A stretch of DNA of 63,999 nt, counting the filler, from Octopus bimaculoides (Eukaryota), in NCBI RefSeq assembly GCF_001194135.2. It is 5 parts of 5 records of this genome, joined end to end, with 100 filler letters (N's around TTAATTAATTAA, not from the genome) between each part and the next. Parts side by side here need not be neighbours in the genome. Positions count along the whole stretch, not along the records: positions 1 to 19,394 come from NC_068983.1; 4 more parts are not named here. One strand, given 5' to 3'. The notes beneath the pieces were generated by a model. It made no database searches. It was not told the DNA's origin and was given only the letters and a program-made list of their open reading frames with translations. Made by a program: the position numbers and the translations under genes. Of the stretch, positions 1-12,859 are shown in pieces (the stretch's first letter is position 1; each line of letters starts with the position of its first letter).

Positions 1-849
1 TATATATATGTACATATATATATGTATGCAAATGTTTTTATATATATTCAAATATATATATGCATATGTATATATATTTAAATATATACATATGTATATA
101 TATATGTATGCATATATGTATGTATATGTATACATGTAATATTTGTCTAAACGAGAACTTGCTCAACAGGAAATGGTGCTGTCGATTCCTTCTTTCCATT
201 GACTGCTTCGTCTGCAGTTGATATAGTACAGATATTATCCTCCTTTTTTTCTCCATTTCATTCTAGCAATATATTTGCGGCTAGGCATTGATCTTGTACT
301 GTTAATATCAAGCCTGTTTCTGTCTTTTGTTCAGAACATTTGAGTTATTGTTAACTTTCATGTTGCTTCGCGTCTTCTCTGTCCAGTCCTACAGGTTTAC
401 TGAAGACTAATAAGTCTTCTACTCTATGTTTTCTTTAGTGTCTTATTATTATTTTTTTGTATTGTTTTGATCTTATTTACTGGTTTGTTTTCTATAACTT
501 CCTTTGTTGTATTGTCTTTATCTTTACTTTGCGTCGTCTGTGTCGTTAATTTTCTTCAAGTTTGCACTTTACGGTTTTATATATTAAATTACGAAAACCA
601 AAGAATATGTATAGAATATACATATTTATTTGTTTTCTCTTACTCATTACGACAATCAGATAAATCTTGGCGTGATTTGTAATTTAAAGACCTTTCTAAT
701 GATTAAGAAAATGGTGGTCGATTTAAATTCAAAGTAATAATCCCACTAGAAATTATTATTTCCCTTATAATGCACTGAAAGTAATGCAAAGGTAGGTATA
801 ACCTTTTTTTTTTAACTCAGTGAAATAGATCGCTCAAATTGTACATGCT

Positions 850-1585
850 AGTAGAATAACTCTTGGTAATTCTTCTTTGCACAAAAGTTGTTACTCAACA
901 CAGCCTACATTATATGCGCTGTATTTCTTATTTCTTTATTGCCCACATGGAGCTAAACATAAAGGGAACAAACAAGGACAGACAAAGGGATTAAGTCGAT
1001 TACAACGACCGCAGTGCGTAACTGGTACTTAATTTATCAACCCCGAAAGGATGAAAGGCAAAGTCGACCTCAGCGGAATTTGAACTCAGAATATAACGGC
1101 AGACGAAATACTGCTAAGCATTTCGTCCAGCGTGCTAACGTTTCTGCCAGCTCTCCGCCTTCATGCGCTGTATTTCTGCCATCATTAAACCAAACTCACG
1201 GATCGTTTTTGTAAACATCCGTTTGTATACTCAACTACATAATTCTTCAGTTTCTTTCACCTCATTTGTGCCGTCAAATTGTTGTCCCCGAAGACTATCT
1301 TTTATTGCAGCTAACATGTGGAAGTTAGAGACAGCCGGTGAATGGAGGACCACTGACTAGCCTAAATTTGTCTATTGGCTGATTAGTGGCCAAAGATGTG
1401 TGCGGTCACGCTTTATCATAGCGAATGTGAATCGTTTCCAGATTTTTGATCGACTACTTCTTCCTTATGGCTTCTGTAAGAGTTTTGAAGAACTCAACGT
1501 ACCACTCGCTGTTCAAGGTACAAGCGCAATCCCCCCAAACCCTTCTCGTTTCCCTAAACAGTTGCCATGATTTCCTATGCCGTTC
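850..1585 (-). mobile_element. Decayed mariner transposase remnant, interrupted by a SINE
   Basis: Manual minus-strand translation across frameshifts gives KIMATV, TLNSEWYVEFFKTLTEAIRKK, IRYDKA*PHTSLAT, NFHMLAAIKDSLRGQQF and RWQK-like C-terminus, in mariner motif order. Ends are approximate. Confidence 0.7.
929..1162 (-). mobile_element. SINE family A, full length, 15-bp TSD
   Basis: tRNA-like head and core gtcgactttgcctttcatcctttcggggt; atgcgctgtatttct duplicated at 914-928 and 1163-1177. Confidence 0.9.
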
Positions 1586-1635
1586 CCTGGCTCTTGTGCA
1601 CTCCTAAGCCCTGTAAGAAGAGGTGAGATGCCACT

Positions 1636-1808
1636 CCATGCTGGAGCACCGCCTTTAGTCGAGCAAATCGACCCCAGGACTTATTCTTTGTAAGTCTAGT
1701 ACTTATTCTATCAGTCTTTTTTGCGGAGACGTAAACACACCAGCATCGGTTGTCATGTGATGTTTGGGGGACAAACACAGACACACAGAAATACACAGAC
1801 ACACAGAA

Positions 1809-1859
<51 letters not shown>

Positions 1860-1988
1860 CATATATACGACGGGCTTCTTTCAGTTTCCGTCTACCAAAT
1901 CCACTCAGAAGGCTTTGGCGGCCCGAGGCTATAATAGAAGACACTTGCCCAAGGTGCCACATTGTGGGACTGAACCCGAAACCATGTG
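1636..1988 (-). mobile_element. SINE family B (CORE-like) with internal (TA)n/(CA)n, ends truncated
   Basis: Matches the copies at 10528 and 30439 in reverse complement. Confidence 0.9.
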
Positions 1989-2173
1989 CCAGCTTTTTCC
2001 ACGCTAAAATAGAAATAATAGAAACGATCGAATCTCCACGAGATTCTTCAGCTATATCTGCTGCTGATGCTGTTATGGCTGCTGCTATGGCTACTGCGAT
2101 ATTTTATTAACTCCAGTCTCTGACAGTTCCTTTAATAGAAGTAAAATGTTTTAGTGAAATAAACCTGCCGTAA

Positions 2174-2393
2174 CCCTTTAGCATTTAAACCGGCCATATC
2201 CAGCTCAAATATCCTGCCTGTTTTATGTTCAAACCGACCAGATCCAGACTCACACACTTCTCCTTGAATATTATTCTAAAAATAAACAGTCACAGCATCG
2301 AAACTTCGAAGCTACAAGATAATACATGATTAATTCAAAACAATGTGAATAAATAAGCTCTATATTTATGGAAGCCATCTGAATGTTAAAGGG
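2174..2393. mobile_element. piggyBac-like MITE (220 bp)
   Basis: Termini ccctttagcatt / aatgttaaaggg are inverted; flanks gtaa and ttaa; no ORF. Confidence 0.7.
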
Positions 2394-2796
2394 TTAAACT
2401 AACTTACCTCTTCTGCTAATATATTAGATGTGCATGTATATATGAGTCTACTATATTTGTATGTGTGTGTAGTTTATATTAATTTGTTCCTGTTAGATAT
2501 GTTTGCGTAGCTTATATGAATCTGTAAAGAAAAAAAAAATAATGAACGAATATTTGTCAATTCAAAGTAGAGTAAAATTACGTTGAAATGATAAAAATTC
2601 ATAGATATCACTCCCATGGTGGGTGTCATAAGTTATTATTATTATAATTATTGTTGCTAATGGTGTCATTACTTAAATGTTTAAAACGATAAGTTGGTGT
2701 CGTTAAATGAATCTTCTAAGAATACACAAATACCATAAACACGCTCATAGGCACATACATGTGCAGATAATGTATGCATACAATACGTATGTATGT

Positions 2797-2844
<48 letters not shown>

Positions 2845-3758
2845 GNNNNNNNNNNATATGCATGTATGTGTATCTATATATATATGTATATATATGTATA
2901 TATATATATATATACATATATATACATATATATGTATATTTACGTACGTATATATATATGTATATATTATGAAGTCTTTCTATGGAATCCCTCGTTTTCT
3001 CTCTGTTTCTCTGTAACAGTATATTAATATATTATACATTGCTAAACACAGACATAAACGTTTTATGTGTCTCTGTATGCGTGAGTTTTGTGCGTTTAAT
3101 TATATTTCTCCGATAAAAAATATTGTAAACAGATGATTAATTATCTGATAAACAAAAATAATATCAGTAAAATAACAACGACAATAACAACAACCACAAT
3201 AATAAAGCGTTTTGTGTGTAGGTAGAATAAAACTTAAATGAAATATGTCACCTTTTTGGAAACATACGATCTCTACAGAAGCTGAACTATTGAGAAGAAA
3301 AAGTAATTAATCAAGGTTAATGAAATTTGTAAGATTTTATAGCCCTACGACAGCTGTACACAATATTTTATATCATTTGCCAATGAGTAAGCTTCTACGT
3401 GGTCTGTTACCCCGTAAGAAATAGCAGGCACATCTGCCTCATATCATATTTATTAAAAAACAGTACATATATATCATGTCTTATAAAAAGACTGAACATA
3501 TATATCTTTTTATTAGCTAGGTCTATAAGAGAGCATATTGCTCAAGGTCTTTGTTAGCCCTTTGATACTAGTGAGATTCATGCTATGAATATGTCACTTA
3601 AGCTCTTGTAATTCTGACGTTTTCTTAATGTACTTACAGTTTGTCGTTTATAATTTTCTCTGCATTCTTGTAAATTAGGGATACATACAGTTTTTGGCTG
3701 TTGGTTCTGTTGTTGAAGGGCATTGTTAGGAATCAGTTAATATATTTTCTTTAAAAAA

Positions 3759-3976
3759 GGCGGAGAGCTGGCAGAAACGTTAGCACGCCGGGCGAAATGC
3801 TCAGCGGTATTTCGTCTGCCGTTACGTTCTGAGTTCAAATTCCGCCGAGGTCGACTTTGACTTTCATCCTTTCGGGGGTCGATAAATTAAACACCAGTTG
3901 CGTACTGGGGTCGATCTAATCGAATGGCACCCCGCCCCCACAAATAATTTCGGGCCTTGTGCCTAGAGTAAAAAAG
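3759..3976 (+). mobile_element. SINE family A, full length
   Basis: Head ggcggagagctggcagaaacg, B-box-like gagttcaaattcc, family A core. Confidence 0.9.
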
Positions 3977-4504
3977 AATATATTTTCTTTAAAAAAGCGG
4001 CGAGCTGGCAAAGACTTTATATAGTTGGATGCACAAGAATAAATTTATTCCTTTAACGTGCATACGTACATACATACATACATACATACATACATACATA
4101 CATACGTACATACATACATACATACATACGTACATACGTGGAACGTACCAGTGACATCCTCAATAAAATGTAAGCACTAGAGGCCTGATATAATGATTTG
4201 GGAAGAGAAACTGTGTACAGATACATATGCAACTATATACATGCAACTATATACATGAAAATACATACATAAAACATACAAATCTGCACATGCATACATA
4301 TATACATACAAAAAAAAAATAACCTGTTGTTGATGTTGAAATTCCAATGAAGGAGTCTTAGATCTAGGTTAGAAACTGGTTCTTTCTCTATTGACAAGAA
4401 ATCTTGAAATTAAACTTAATAATGACATACATACATATATACACACACATACATACACACACTTACATAGAAACAGACATACGTACATATGTCTATATGT
4501 AAAT

Positions 4505-5900
4505 ATATACAGATCACCCACATATTTTGACTGTTGATTCTGTTGTTGTTGAATATGATTTTTAATCGCTTCCTGCTCACTTCAATGATCTCAGTTGTTA
4601 CCAATATTTTACAATTTTTGTGCGTTCGCAGGACGAGGTGCCCCTTTGCATCCTTTTTCAACATCAGCACCCTTGCAAGAATAATATAAAAGTCTCCACC
4701 GTTTCTGGGATTGTAAGCAGAGACATAGTAACAGATTCACTTCAGGTTAATCTTGTTTTACTTGTCTTAGTACCCAGGCATCCTCCTCAATTATCTTGTC
4801 TCATTATATCGTATCATCAATAAAGTATAGTGGATAATATTTATCGATGAGTATATCTTTCAATTATTGAAGTCTCATAATACAATCAATCTCAGACAGA
4901 ATTCTACATAAACTGCTGGCTAAATGTGTTCTTGTGTGTTCTAGTGTGTTTCATATGATATGAGGCAAAGAATAGATCTTACTTCGAGTCTTTACCTTTC
5001 TAATACATTATGTTTCAATTCGCTCGTCTGTCCCTTCAATACTAAAAATCTAAAAAATCGTAGTTTCTCTTGATTGTATTCAATTGTGAACTGAATGGCA
5101 TTATCTATTTCATTAAATAGTACTTTAAATCCATTCATTTTTGTATGCATATATTCTAAAGTATGAAGAAACCGTTTTGAAATCTTTTCCATTTTTCTCT
5201 CATATATTAATGTAATTTCCGTACTTTCATAGTGATTCTCACCCAATTGTAATTTCCAAGCATCCCATAAGTAAATTTACATAAACCGTGGCCATTTTAG
5301 TGCTCATCTTAGTTCCAGGATTTTGTGGGTAATAGTCGACATGAAAAAGCTATTTTGAAGAATAAGTATAAACCCCTTAATAATTAATACGCTTTTTTAT
5401 ACGTTCTGGTAATTCTTCTGTATAATTTCCCACACAGAATGGTTTCACTTTTATTCCAAAGCCATTCATAAGAGACAATAAAAGTTTTCCATTGAACAAT
5501 TTTGGAAGACGGTGGAACATATCTAGATAATTTGTTATAAAACTTTTAATGTTTCAGAAATGGTTTCAATATGATGTCTAAATTACTGAAACGGTGGGTT
5601 TTACATTTTGGGCTAGATATTGGTATTAATTTTAAATAGTTTGGTGATAGAACACTAATGCACAAGCACGCTTCACTTGTTATTTTGCCTTTGCGAATTT
5701 TTGTTAAGTCGTAGAAAAGACGAGATTTTACATATAAAATAGTTATATAACCACATCATTTATCTGTAAATCCTTTTCACTGCAAGTGTAAAAGAAGTTG
5801 TAGGAGTTTTCATTACTTTCTCTTAGTTGTAGCTTATAACATTTTGTGTATATCGTCTTCTAGTAGAATTAAACAGGATTTTAAAAATAATCTGCCGTGT
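4505..5900 (-). mobile_element. Penelope-like element: decayed reverse transcriptase and Cys-rich linker before GIY-YIG
   Basis: Manual translation: FYDLTKIRK (cf. FYxLPKIHK), PISSPKCKTHRFSNLDIILKPFLKH, KMSTKMATVYVNLLMG (cf. GTAMGTKMAPxYANL), NEIDNAIQFTIE (ORF 4992-5246), HKNCKILVTT. Many stops and frameshifts. Confidence 0.75.
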
Positions 5901-6326
5901 ATATCAATATAACTATAATTATTTTCCTTCATTCAGTAGAACTGCGTTTAGTACAGCTTAATTTTTTGCTTGTTTCATGGAAAATTAAAAATGTGGTCCC
6001 AGCAATCGGCGAATGCTTTATTCCTTCATTGCAGTGATAAATCGGATATTAGACTTACGATCGTAACGTAATGGCTTCATATTTCAAAAGTGGATGGTGC
6101 GTTACGTTCTTGGATATGTGGTGTCTCGCAGTCTATTAGCCCCAAGTTTTTCAAATACAAGATTCCAAGAGCCATTCATATTTATGTAACACTGTATAAT
6201 ATATATATATATATATATATATAAATCGACATCAGTATTTATTATTTATACATTTCAAAATGTAATCAGATGTGAATCGTTGGCGATTTTCTTCCCCCAT
6301 CTTCCTTTTCTATTGGACTTCCCTCT

Positions 6327-6361
6327 GTTTCTGAAGAAGAGCTTTGCTCGAAGCGTTAAAC
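6327..6361 (+). ncRNA. Minimal type I hammerhead motif with A15.1>G change
   Basis: gttt-CTGAAGA-a-gagc(ttt)gctc-GAAG-cg-tt-aaac: 4-bp helix I, 4-bp helix II, helix III would be ACGU if the GAAA box were intact. Confidence 0.6.
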
Positions 6362-6880
6362 CACCTTTCTTTCCTTCCTTGAGCGTCTGCTAATACTTCA
6401 CATGTACCACGTCCTTGCGTTGTTGTTTTTTTTGTGTGTTTGTTCTTCGTTTTTTTTAAAAATTATATATACACATGCAGTTACATACACATTCTCACAA
6501 AGACTCATACAGATATGAGCACACGTACCTGTGCTTGAGTTTGTGTGAGTGTGTGTGCGTGCGCGAAAAGGATAAAAATAACGCATGCTAACAAAACTAA
6601 CAGACAGTTTACTGAGAAATGTCACCATGTAAGTTCTACCGTGGAACGCATAAATGTGAAAAAAACAAAACAAAACAAAAATGCAGTACTCTACCGGATG
6701 TAAATTATAAGACCAATCGGAAACTTACTACAATCCATCACGTGCCACTGAAGATAAGAAATATAAAAAGGAAAAATAAAAACCTGTTAGCATTGGAAAC
6801 TTTTCTTCGTTGATATACAATCTGATGAATGCTAATACAGGAAGAAACTTGCAGTAATAGAAACGTAGTCAACTTCATAG

Positions 6881-6882
<2 letters not shown>

Positions 6883-6965
<83 letters not shown>

Positions 6966-6991
6966 CTACTGCTGCTTCTGCTGCTGCAGCT
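6883..6991. repeat. Compound (TAC)n(TGC)n microsatellite
   Basis: Direct reading. Confidence 0.95.
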
Positions 6992-7914
6992 ATCTCTTCA
7001 CAGAATATGCGTGTGTGTGTATGTAGTATCATGTATTTGAAAAGATAGTTTTCAATAGAAAATCGTTTCGAGTCGAGTCGGAAACATGAAAAAAGAAGAA
7101 AAAAATGAAAAAAGAAAATGAAAAAGAAAGAGAAAGAAATGTTTGCAATAAAATACTCACTGCCTTCAGTTAATAAACTATATACCTTTCTTTCTTTTTC
7201 TTTATCCGAATTTCTAATCATAGAAACGAATAAACATTATACATTTAAAATACATAAATAGTCTTTCATGTTTTACATAACAATTGAACGTTATTATATA
7301 AACTGTGCAATGGAAGAGTAGAAAAAAATAATAGAATATGTATATTGCTTTTAAAAGCTTAGTATGTGTGGTTACTGTTAGAAGAAATAATATATATATA
7401 TTTTTTGAATAGTTTCAAATGCTGACAAAAATATCAGGAATGGAAGAAATGTCAAACAGACAATAGCTAGGAGAGGAAGCAGATACAGAAATAGACTTTG
7501 GATTTATATAGATATTGAATGAAGCTATACAAAATTATGTTCATTCTGTGTTTAACCAAAGTTGTAGAGAGTACAACACCCAAACATCGACTGTTGACGT
7601 TACACGAGGGACATAGCATTTACTGTTAAGTAATAATACAACAGAGGTCTTTATATCCCAGAAGGTGACTTATTTAACAGCGGGTGTGACTAACTGACTG
7701 ACTGATAGATAGGCTGAATATTTGTGTTTGTCATACCCAGTCAAGTAACATAACATTGACGTTAAGCTAATGACAGATGTATAGACGTGAAAATAAATAC
7801 AAATAGATAGAGGTTGATAGATTAAACAGAAAAAAAAAAAACATGAGAAAACCGAAAGAAAGTGGAAAGTGTGTGCAGAGAGAGTTTGTGAAGGAGAAGA
7901 GAAAAAGAAAGAGC

Positions 7915-7981
<67 letters not shown>

Positions 7982-8435
7982 CGGGTGAATAAAGTAACGA
8001 TGAGAGAAGGATAAAACCAATGAGTGAGGGAAAGAAAGTTAAAAAAAGAGTTGGTTAGCGAGATTAAAGTGCTGCTAAGAGAGACTGGAAGAAAATTCAA
8101 GTAAGCAACGTACGTGTTCTTTTAATTTAATTTAATGAAGAATTAATTTAATAAAAATAAATCATTAACAGCTGGTGATACATATACACAAACATCTGTA
8201 CATGAATACACACAGACATACATGTATCTGGAAGATGACTAAACAGTGAGTATGGCCATTTACTTGTTAATGAGCTGTACAGCAAAGAAGGCATTTTAGT
8301 TAGCATTATGTAGCTTTAACCACAACTGATGCAGAAATGTCTCTTCTCAGTTAAATGCAATGCAGAATCATGACGTTTGGCTTTGTGTACAGACATGTCA
8401 TTTCAGTTCAACAATAGAAATACATCGTTTATATC

Positions 8436-8467
<32 letters not shown>

Positions 8468-8569
8468 TGTATGTATGTATGTATGTATGTATGCATGTAT
8501 GTATGTATGTATGTATGTATGTATGTGTGCATGTATGTATGTATATATGTATGTATGTATGTATGTATG

Positions 8570-8745
8570 TGTTAAGTCTCAAACTACTGCTATCTAGCAC
8601 CTTCGGATGATCTCTACTCAACCGCTACACGACTGCTACTCGACTGCTACTCAACTGTTACTCAACACTCCTATCATGGCCAGACTACCTCTATTTATAT
8701 GTCTTGGGAGATCCTACTTCTTCGCCTGGGGGCGTGGACACAACA
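8570..8745 (-). mobile_element. Solo LTR (176 bp) inserted in (TATG)n
   Basis: TG...CA termini, TATA-like catataaataga on minus strand, gtatg on both flanks (8565-8569, 8746-8750); second copy at about 10200-10357. Confidence 0.7.
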
Positions 8746-9449
8746 GTATGTATGTATGTATGCATGCATGCATGTATGTATGTATGTATGTATGTATGTA
8801 TGTATCTATCTATCTATCTAGCTATCTCTCTATCTATCTATACATATTCATATACACGTTTAAAGGCCATTGAAAGAGGGCAACGTGTGTGCATGTATTT
8901 TTAAATTTACACATGAGAAAAACATAAATGTACAAGTACATACATGAATCATCTAAAGTATGCTTTATTTTCATATATCACTCCGTATCTAAACAGCTTG
9001 CGCTATGTCATATAAACAGCTTACATTATGTCATATATAATTCTAGATTTAATATAATTCCATATAATATATTCAAATCTATTGAGCACTATGGTAAATT
9101 TTACACAAAAATACATTCTTGCGGTATTTGCGAAATATTAATACAATAATTCTTTTCTATTTTAGAGTTTAAAAACAAAATTTGGCGAGCATTTTGTTAT
9201 CAAATACTAATCATAAATAAATGCGTTTTTTCTTCGTTTTTTGAAATAACGATATTTTGTCTCGGTTGATGCAATGCTTTGATTCTAGTTTGTATGATCA
9301 ACCAGCGTTTATACCAAAAAAAAAAAAAAAAAAAAGAAATTACTTATTCTTTATAGCGATGCTAATGAATGCAGCCAATACACACACACATACACACACA
9401 CTCTTATATTCTTTTGTGTGTGTGTACGTGAGTGTACGTGCGCAAAACA

Positions 9450-9705
9450 CATTTTATACCCGAGTAACAAAAAAATGTTTTTTCATATTTTGATAAGAAT
9501 GCTTTTTGTTGTTTTCATGTATAATTTCGTTTACGTTATATACTATACGTGCAACAAAAAATGTATTTATTTTAATATGTATGGCGCTATTTGTCATCAT
9601 GTAGCGCTTCGTTTACATTACATAACATACGAGTAACAAAAAAATGTATTTATCTTAATATGTTTTCTTTATTTGATTTCCTATATGATTTAGTTTACAT
9701 TGTAT
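9450..9705. repeat. Degenerate tandem repeat, period 82-87 bp, about 3 copies
   Basis: cg(a/t)g(t/c)aacaaaaaa(a)tgt at 9461, 9548 and 9630, with (tt)cgtttac upstream of the last two. Confidence 0.7.
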
Positions 9706-10199
9706 TGTAGCTCTAAATTCAATGTAATTCGATAAAATATATCTAAAATTATTGTATTATTGTATACTTCGGCAAATATTGCACGTAGACATATTCTTAT
9801 ATTATTTGTGAAATATTAAACTATATAATTGTGTCTATCTCACCCGTGTTTAAAATTTCGCATCTTGCATTTGTTAAGGTTATATATGCGAAATACAGTG
9901 TTTTTTTTTTTAGAGAGAACGACGTTTCATTTCGGTTAATGGGGAACTTCAGTTCCGGTTTATGCTAACAAATATTTGTTAACGTATATATAACGTATTG
10001 CATACGTTCAATACCGGTCAGTAGTCGTCACAGCCTGCAAACACGTAAGAAGAGCTCGAGTGATATCAATCCCAAACCACTTCAGCCATCTTTATATAAT
10101 AAGAACAAACAAAATACATAGGCACAGGCAAGGCTTTGTGTTAAGAAGCTTGCAGGGAAGATGAAAAATACGTAAATCGACACAAGAGGAATAAGCTTG

Positions 10200-10357
10200 T
10201 GCGAAGAAGTAGGATCGAAGAAGTAGGATCTCCCAAGACATATAAATAGAGGTAGTCTGACCGTGGTAGGAGTTGACTGACTGTTGAGTAGCCGTCGTGT
10301 AGCGGTTGAGTAGAGATCATCCGAAGGTGCTAGATAGCAGTAGCTTGAGGCATAACA
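10200..10357 (+). mobile_element. Second copy of the same LTR family, 5' end replaced
   Basis: Reverse complement aligns to 8570-8725; 14-bp tandem duplication cgaagaagtaggat; ends ...cataaca. Confidence 0.7.
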
Positions 10358-10527
10358 TATACCTGATGTATAGTTTGAAGTTACACGCTACACAAAAACG
10401 TTGTTTTCCAATAGACTATCTCATTTACAAAAAAAAAAGCCCGTTTTGAGATTCAAAATGAAATCTAGATATTTAAATAGAACACTTTAAAAGAAAGATT
10501 ACACGAGGAAAACTCAAATAATAAATA

Positions 10528-10917
10528 GGCGTAGGAGTGGCTGTGTGATAAGTAGCTTGCCTACCAACCACATGGTTCCGGGTTCAGTCCCACTGCGTGG
10601 CACCTTGGGCAAGCCTTGTGAGTGGAAACTGAAAGAAGCCCGTCGTATATATATATTTATATATATATACATACGTGTGTTTGTGCGTGCGTGTGTGTGT
10701 GTTTGTATGTGTGTGTTTGTTCCCCCAACATCGCTTGACAACCGATGCTGGTGTGTTTACGTCCCTGTAACTTAGCGGTTCGGCAAAAGAGACCGATAGA
10801 ATATGTATTAGGCTTACAAGGAATAAGTCCCGGGGTAGATTTGCTCGACTAAAGGTGGTGCTCTAGCATGGCCACAGTCAAATGACTGAAACAAGTAAAA
10901 GAGTAAAAGAGTAAGAG
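10528..10917 (+). mobile_element. SINE family B, near full length, internal deletion
   Basis: Head ggcgtaggagtggctgtgtg, internal microsatellite, tail cagtcaaatgactg plus (gtaaaaga)n; lacks tgtcttctactatagcctcgggccgaccaaag. Confidence 0.9.
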
Positions 10918-11370
10918 CAATAAAAATAGATAAGTAAAAATATAAATATCAAACAAAAACATAACATTGAGAACTTTAACCACGAAGACTGATACATTAC
11001 ACGTGGCAACTTAATGACGAATCACAATATTGGTCAATGAAAGCATACAGAAATAGGAATAAAAAAAGAATATGTAAAAGATTTTAGAATAGGAAATCTT
11101 AAACATCGATTACATCAATATGACAGAAAAATTAAAGGTTTAACTAATAAACTAATTAAAATGAATAGTAGATATTTCTATGAAGCAATGAAGTACTTCC
11201 TGAGAGTAACCTTGTCATTGAAGTAACAACGACAATATAAATGTAAATCGCAGACTTTATTAAAAACATACACGAAAATCAATACCACTGGGTAAAACGA
11301 AATAATATACACAGGGACCATTGTAGCGACAGAGAAAAGGTATGTATTTCCTCATATCTATTTGTATAGG

Positions 11371-11719
11371 GTAGAGGCACAATGGCCCAGTGGTTAGGGC
11401 AGCGGACTCTCGGTCATAAGATCGTGGTTTCGTTGTGAGTGTTTATTGAGCGAAACACCTAAAGCTCCACGTCGCTCCGGCAGGGGGTAGCGGCGAACCC
11501 TGCTGTACTCTTTCATCACAACTTTCTCTCACTCTTTCTTCCTGTTTCTGTTGTACCTTGCTACACTTTATGTCACGCTGAATCTCCCCGAGAACTACGT
11601 TAAGGGTACACGAGTTTGTGGAATGCTCAGCCACTTGCACGTTAATTTCACGAGCAGGCTTTTCCGTTGATTGGATCAACTGGAAAACTCGTCGTCGTAA
11701 CCGACGGAGTGCCGTAGTA
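11371..11719 (+). mobile_element. SINE family C with 11-bp TSD
   Basis: atttgtatagg at 11360-11370 and 11720-11730; A-box tggcccagtgg; aligns to 48406-48775 with two deletions. Confidence 0.9.
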
Positions 11720-11734
11720 ATTTGTATAGGAATA

Positions 11735-12670
11735 TCACAGCTCAAGCAAGCAACGTAAGAAACAGAAAAATATGGGAAATAAAAGGCAACTCAATTCTTC
11801 ACAAAATCAATGATTAAAACACAAGAATGGTAAAAAGAAAGAAAGAAAAATTCTACAGAAATAAAATATAGCAAAAAGTGTGCGAAAAAATTGAAAGCCT
11901 GAAACAAGATGCTAAATCGGAAAGAATCTGTTGGTATGAGAAGCGACAACGATCCTTTGAACGAAATAAACAATACGACTCTAACACAAAAGAATTTTAT
12001 CGAGACTTAGATCAAAATAAAATAGAAATCAATACACAACTGACGGCAAAAGTTGTTGAAGAGTACTAGGAAGTATGGGTAACGAGAAGATATTGTTCAA
12101 AACAACAAACGCTGCAACTTAAACAATTGTGTGAGATTATAAACAATACGAGGAGTAATCCAAACGCTACAAAACACAAAGAACCTGCAAGACACCAAGG
12201 AATGATAAAATCTTAAACTTTTGAGTAAAATATTTAACAAACACATATAAAGAGCTTGTAAAAATAGTTAATAACATACTATTAAAACCATATAGAATAC
12301 CTTACTGTCTTATTGGGAGGTAATCCTTCTTAATCCCATTGACCAAATAAACGGCAATCCCTAAAAGCTTCAGGCCCAAAACTCGACTTCCTAAATCTTA
12401 TAAACAATTAACTGCAATAATATCGAAGATAAGCAAACATCTGAAAAAACAACAACAACGAAAATCCTCATTTCTAGAAGGGCAGAGAGAGGTTGCAAAA
12501 TGTAAGTTGACTATAAACTTGTAAACGTGAATAATTGGTAAACGAAGCGAGTTCTGGAGATTGTGAATGGATAAGGAAGGGTCTGAGCATAGCATGAATT
12601 AACTATCAGGAATCTTTCGACAGTGTTTCTCATACTGAGAGCTTTAGCCATGAGAAAAGATAGCGTCTTA
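11735..12670 (+). mobile_element. R4/Dong-type non-LTR retrotransposon RT remnant
   Basis: Manual translation: KQYDSNTKEFYRDL, PKSFRPKTRLPKSYKQLTAII (cf. NYRPITCLPxxYKxLT), QRGCK, SIA*INYQESFDSVSH (cf. AWIDYKKAFDSVPH). May extend 5' to about 10990 across the SINE. Confidence 0.7.
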
Positions 12671-12859
12671 TTACACCAATAATAAGCAGTTTCTTGGAGT
12701 TGGTTGGTCATTTATCTCTTTCACTTAGGCATCTTCGATCCACTCATCTTTCCATCTATCGTCCCCTGCCCCACACTATTTCCGGTCCTTTTTCTCAGAC
12801 CAACGTATTTTGATTTAAGAGCGACCGACATGAACTAGTAATATTTTACACGTACGTGC

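Noticed and set aside
400-420. CTGAAGA with a 7-bp hairpin
   Set aside because: No GAAA box or helix III; a simple short palindrome.
6822-6860. CTGATGA...GAAAC as another hammerhead
   Set aside because: No credible helix I or II.
8570-10357. One LTR retrotransposon bounded by the two LTR copies
   Set aside because: The copies are inverted, the first has its own TSD, and there is no PBS, PPT or coding DNA between them.
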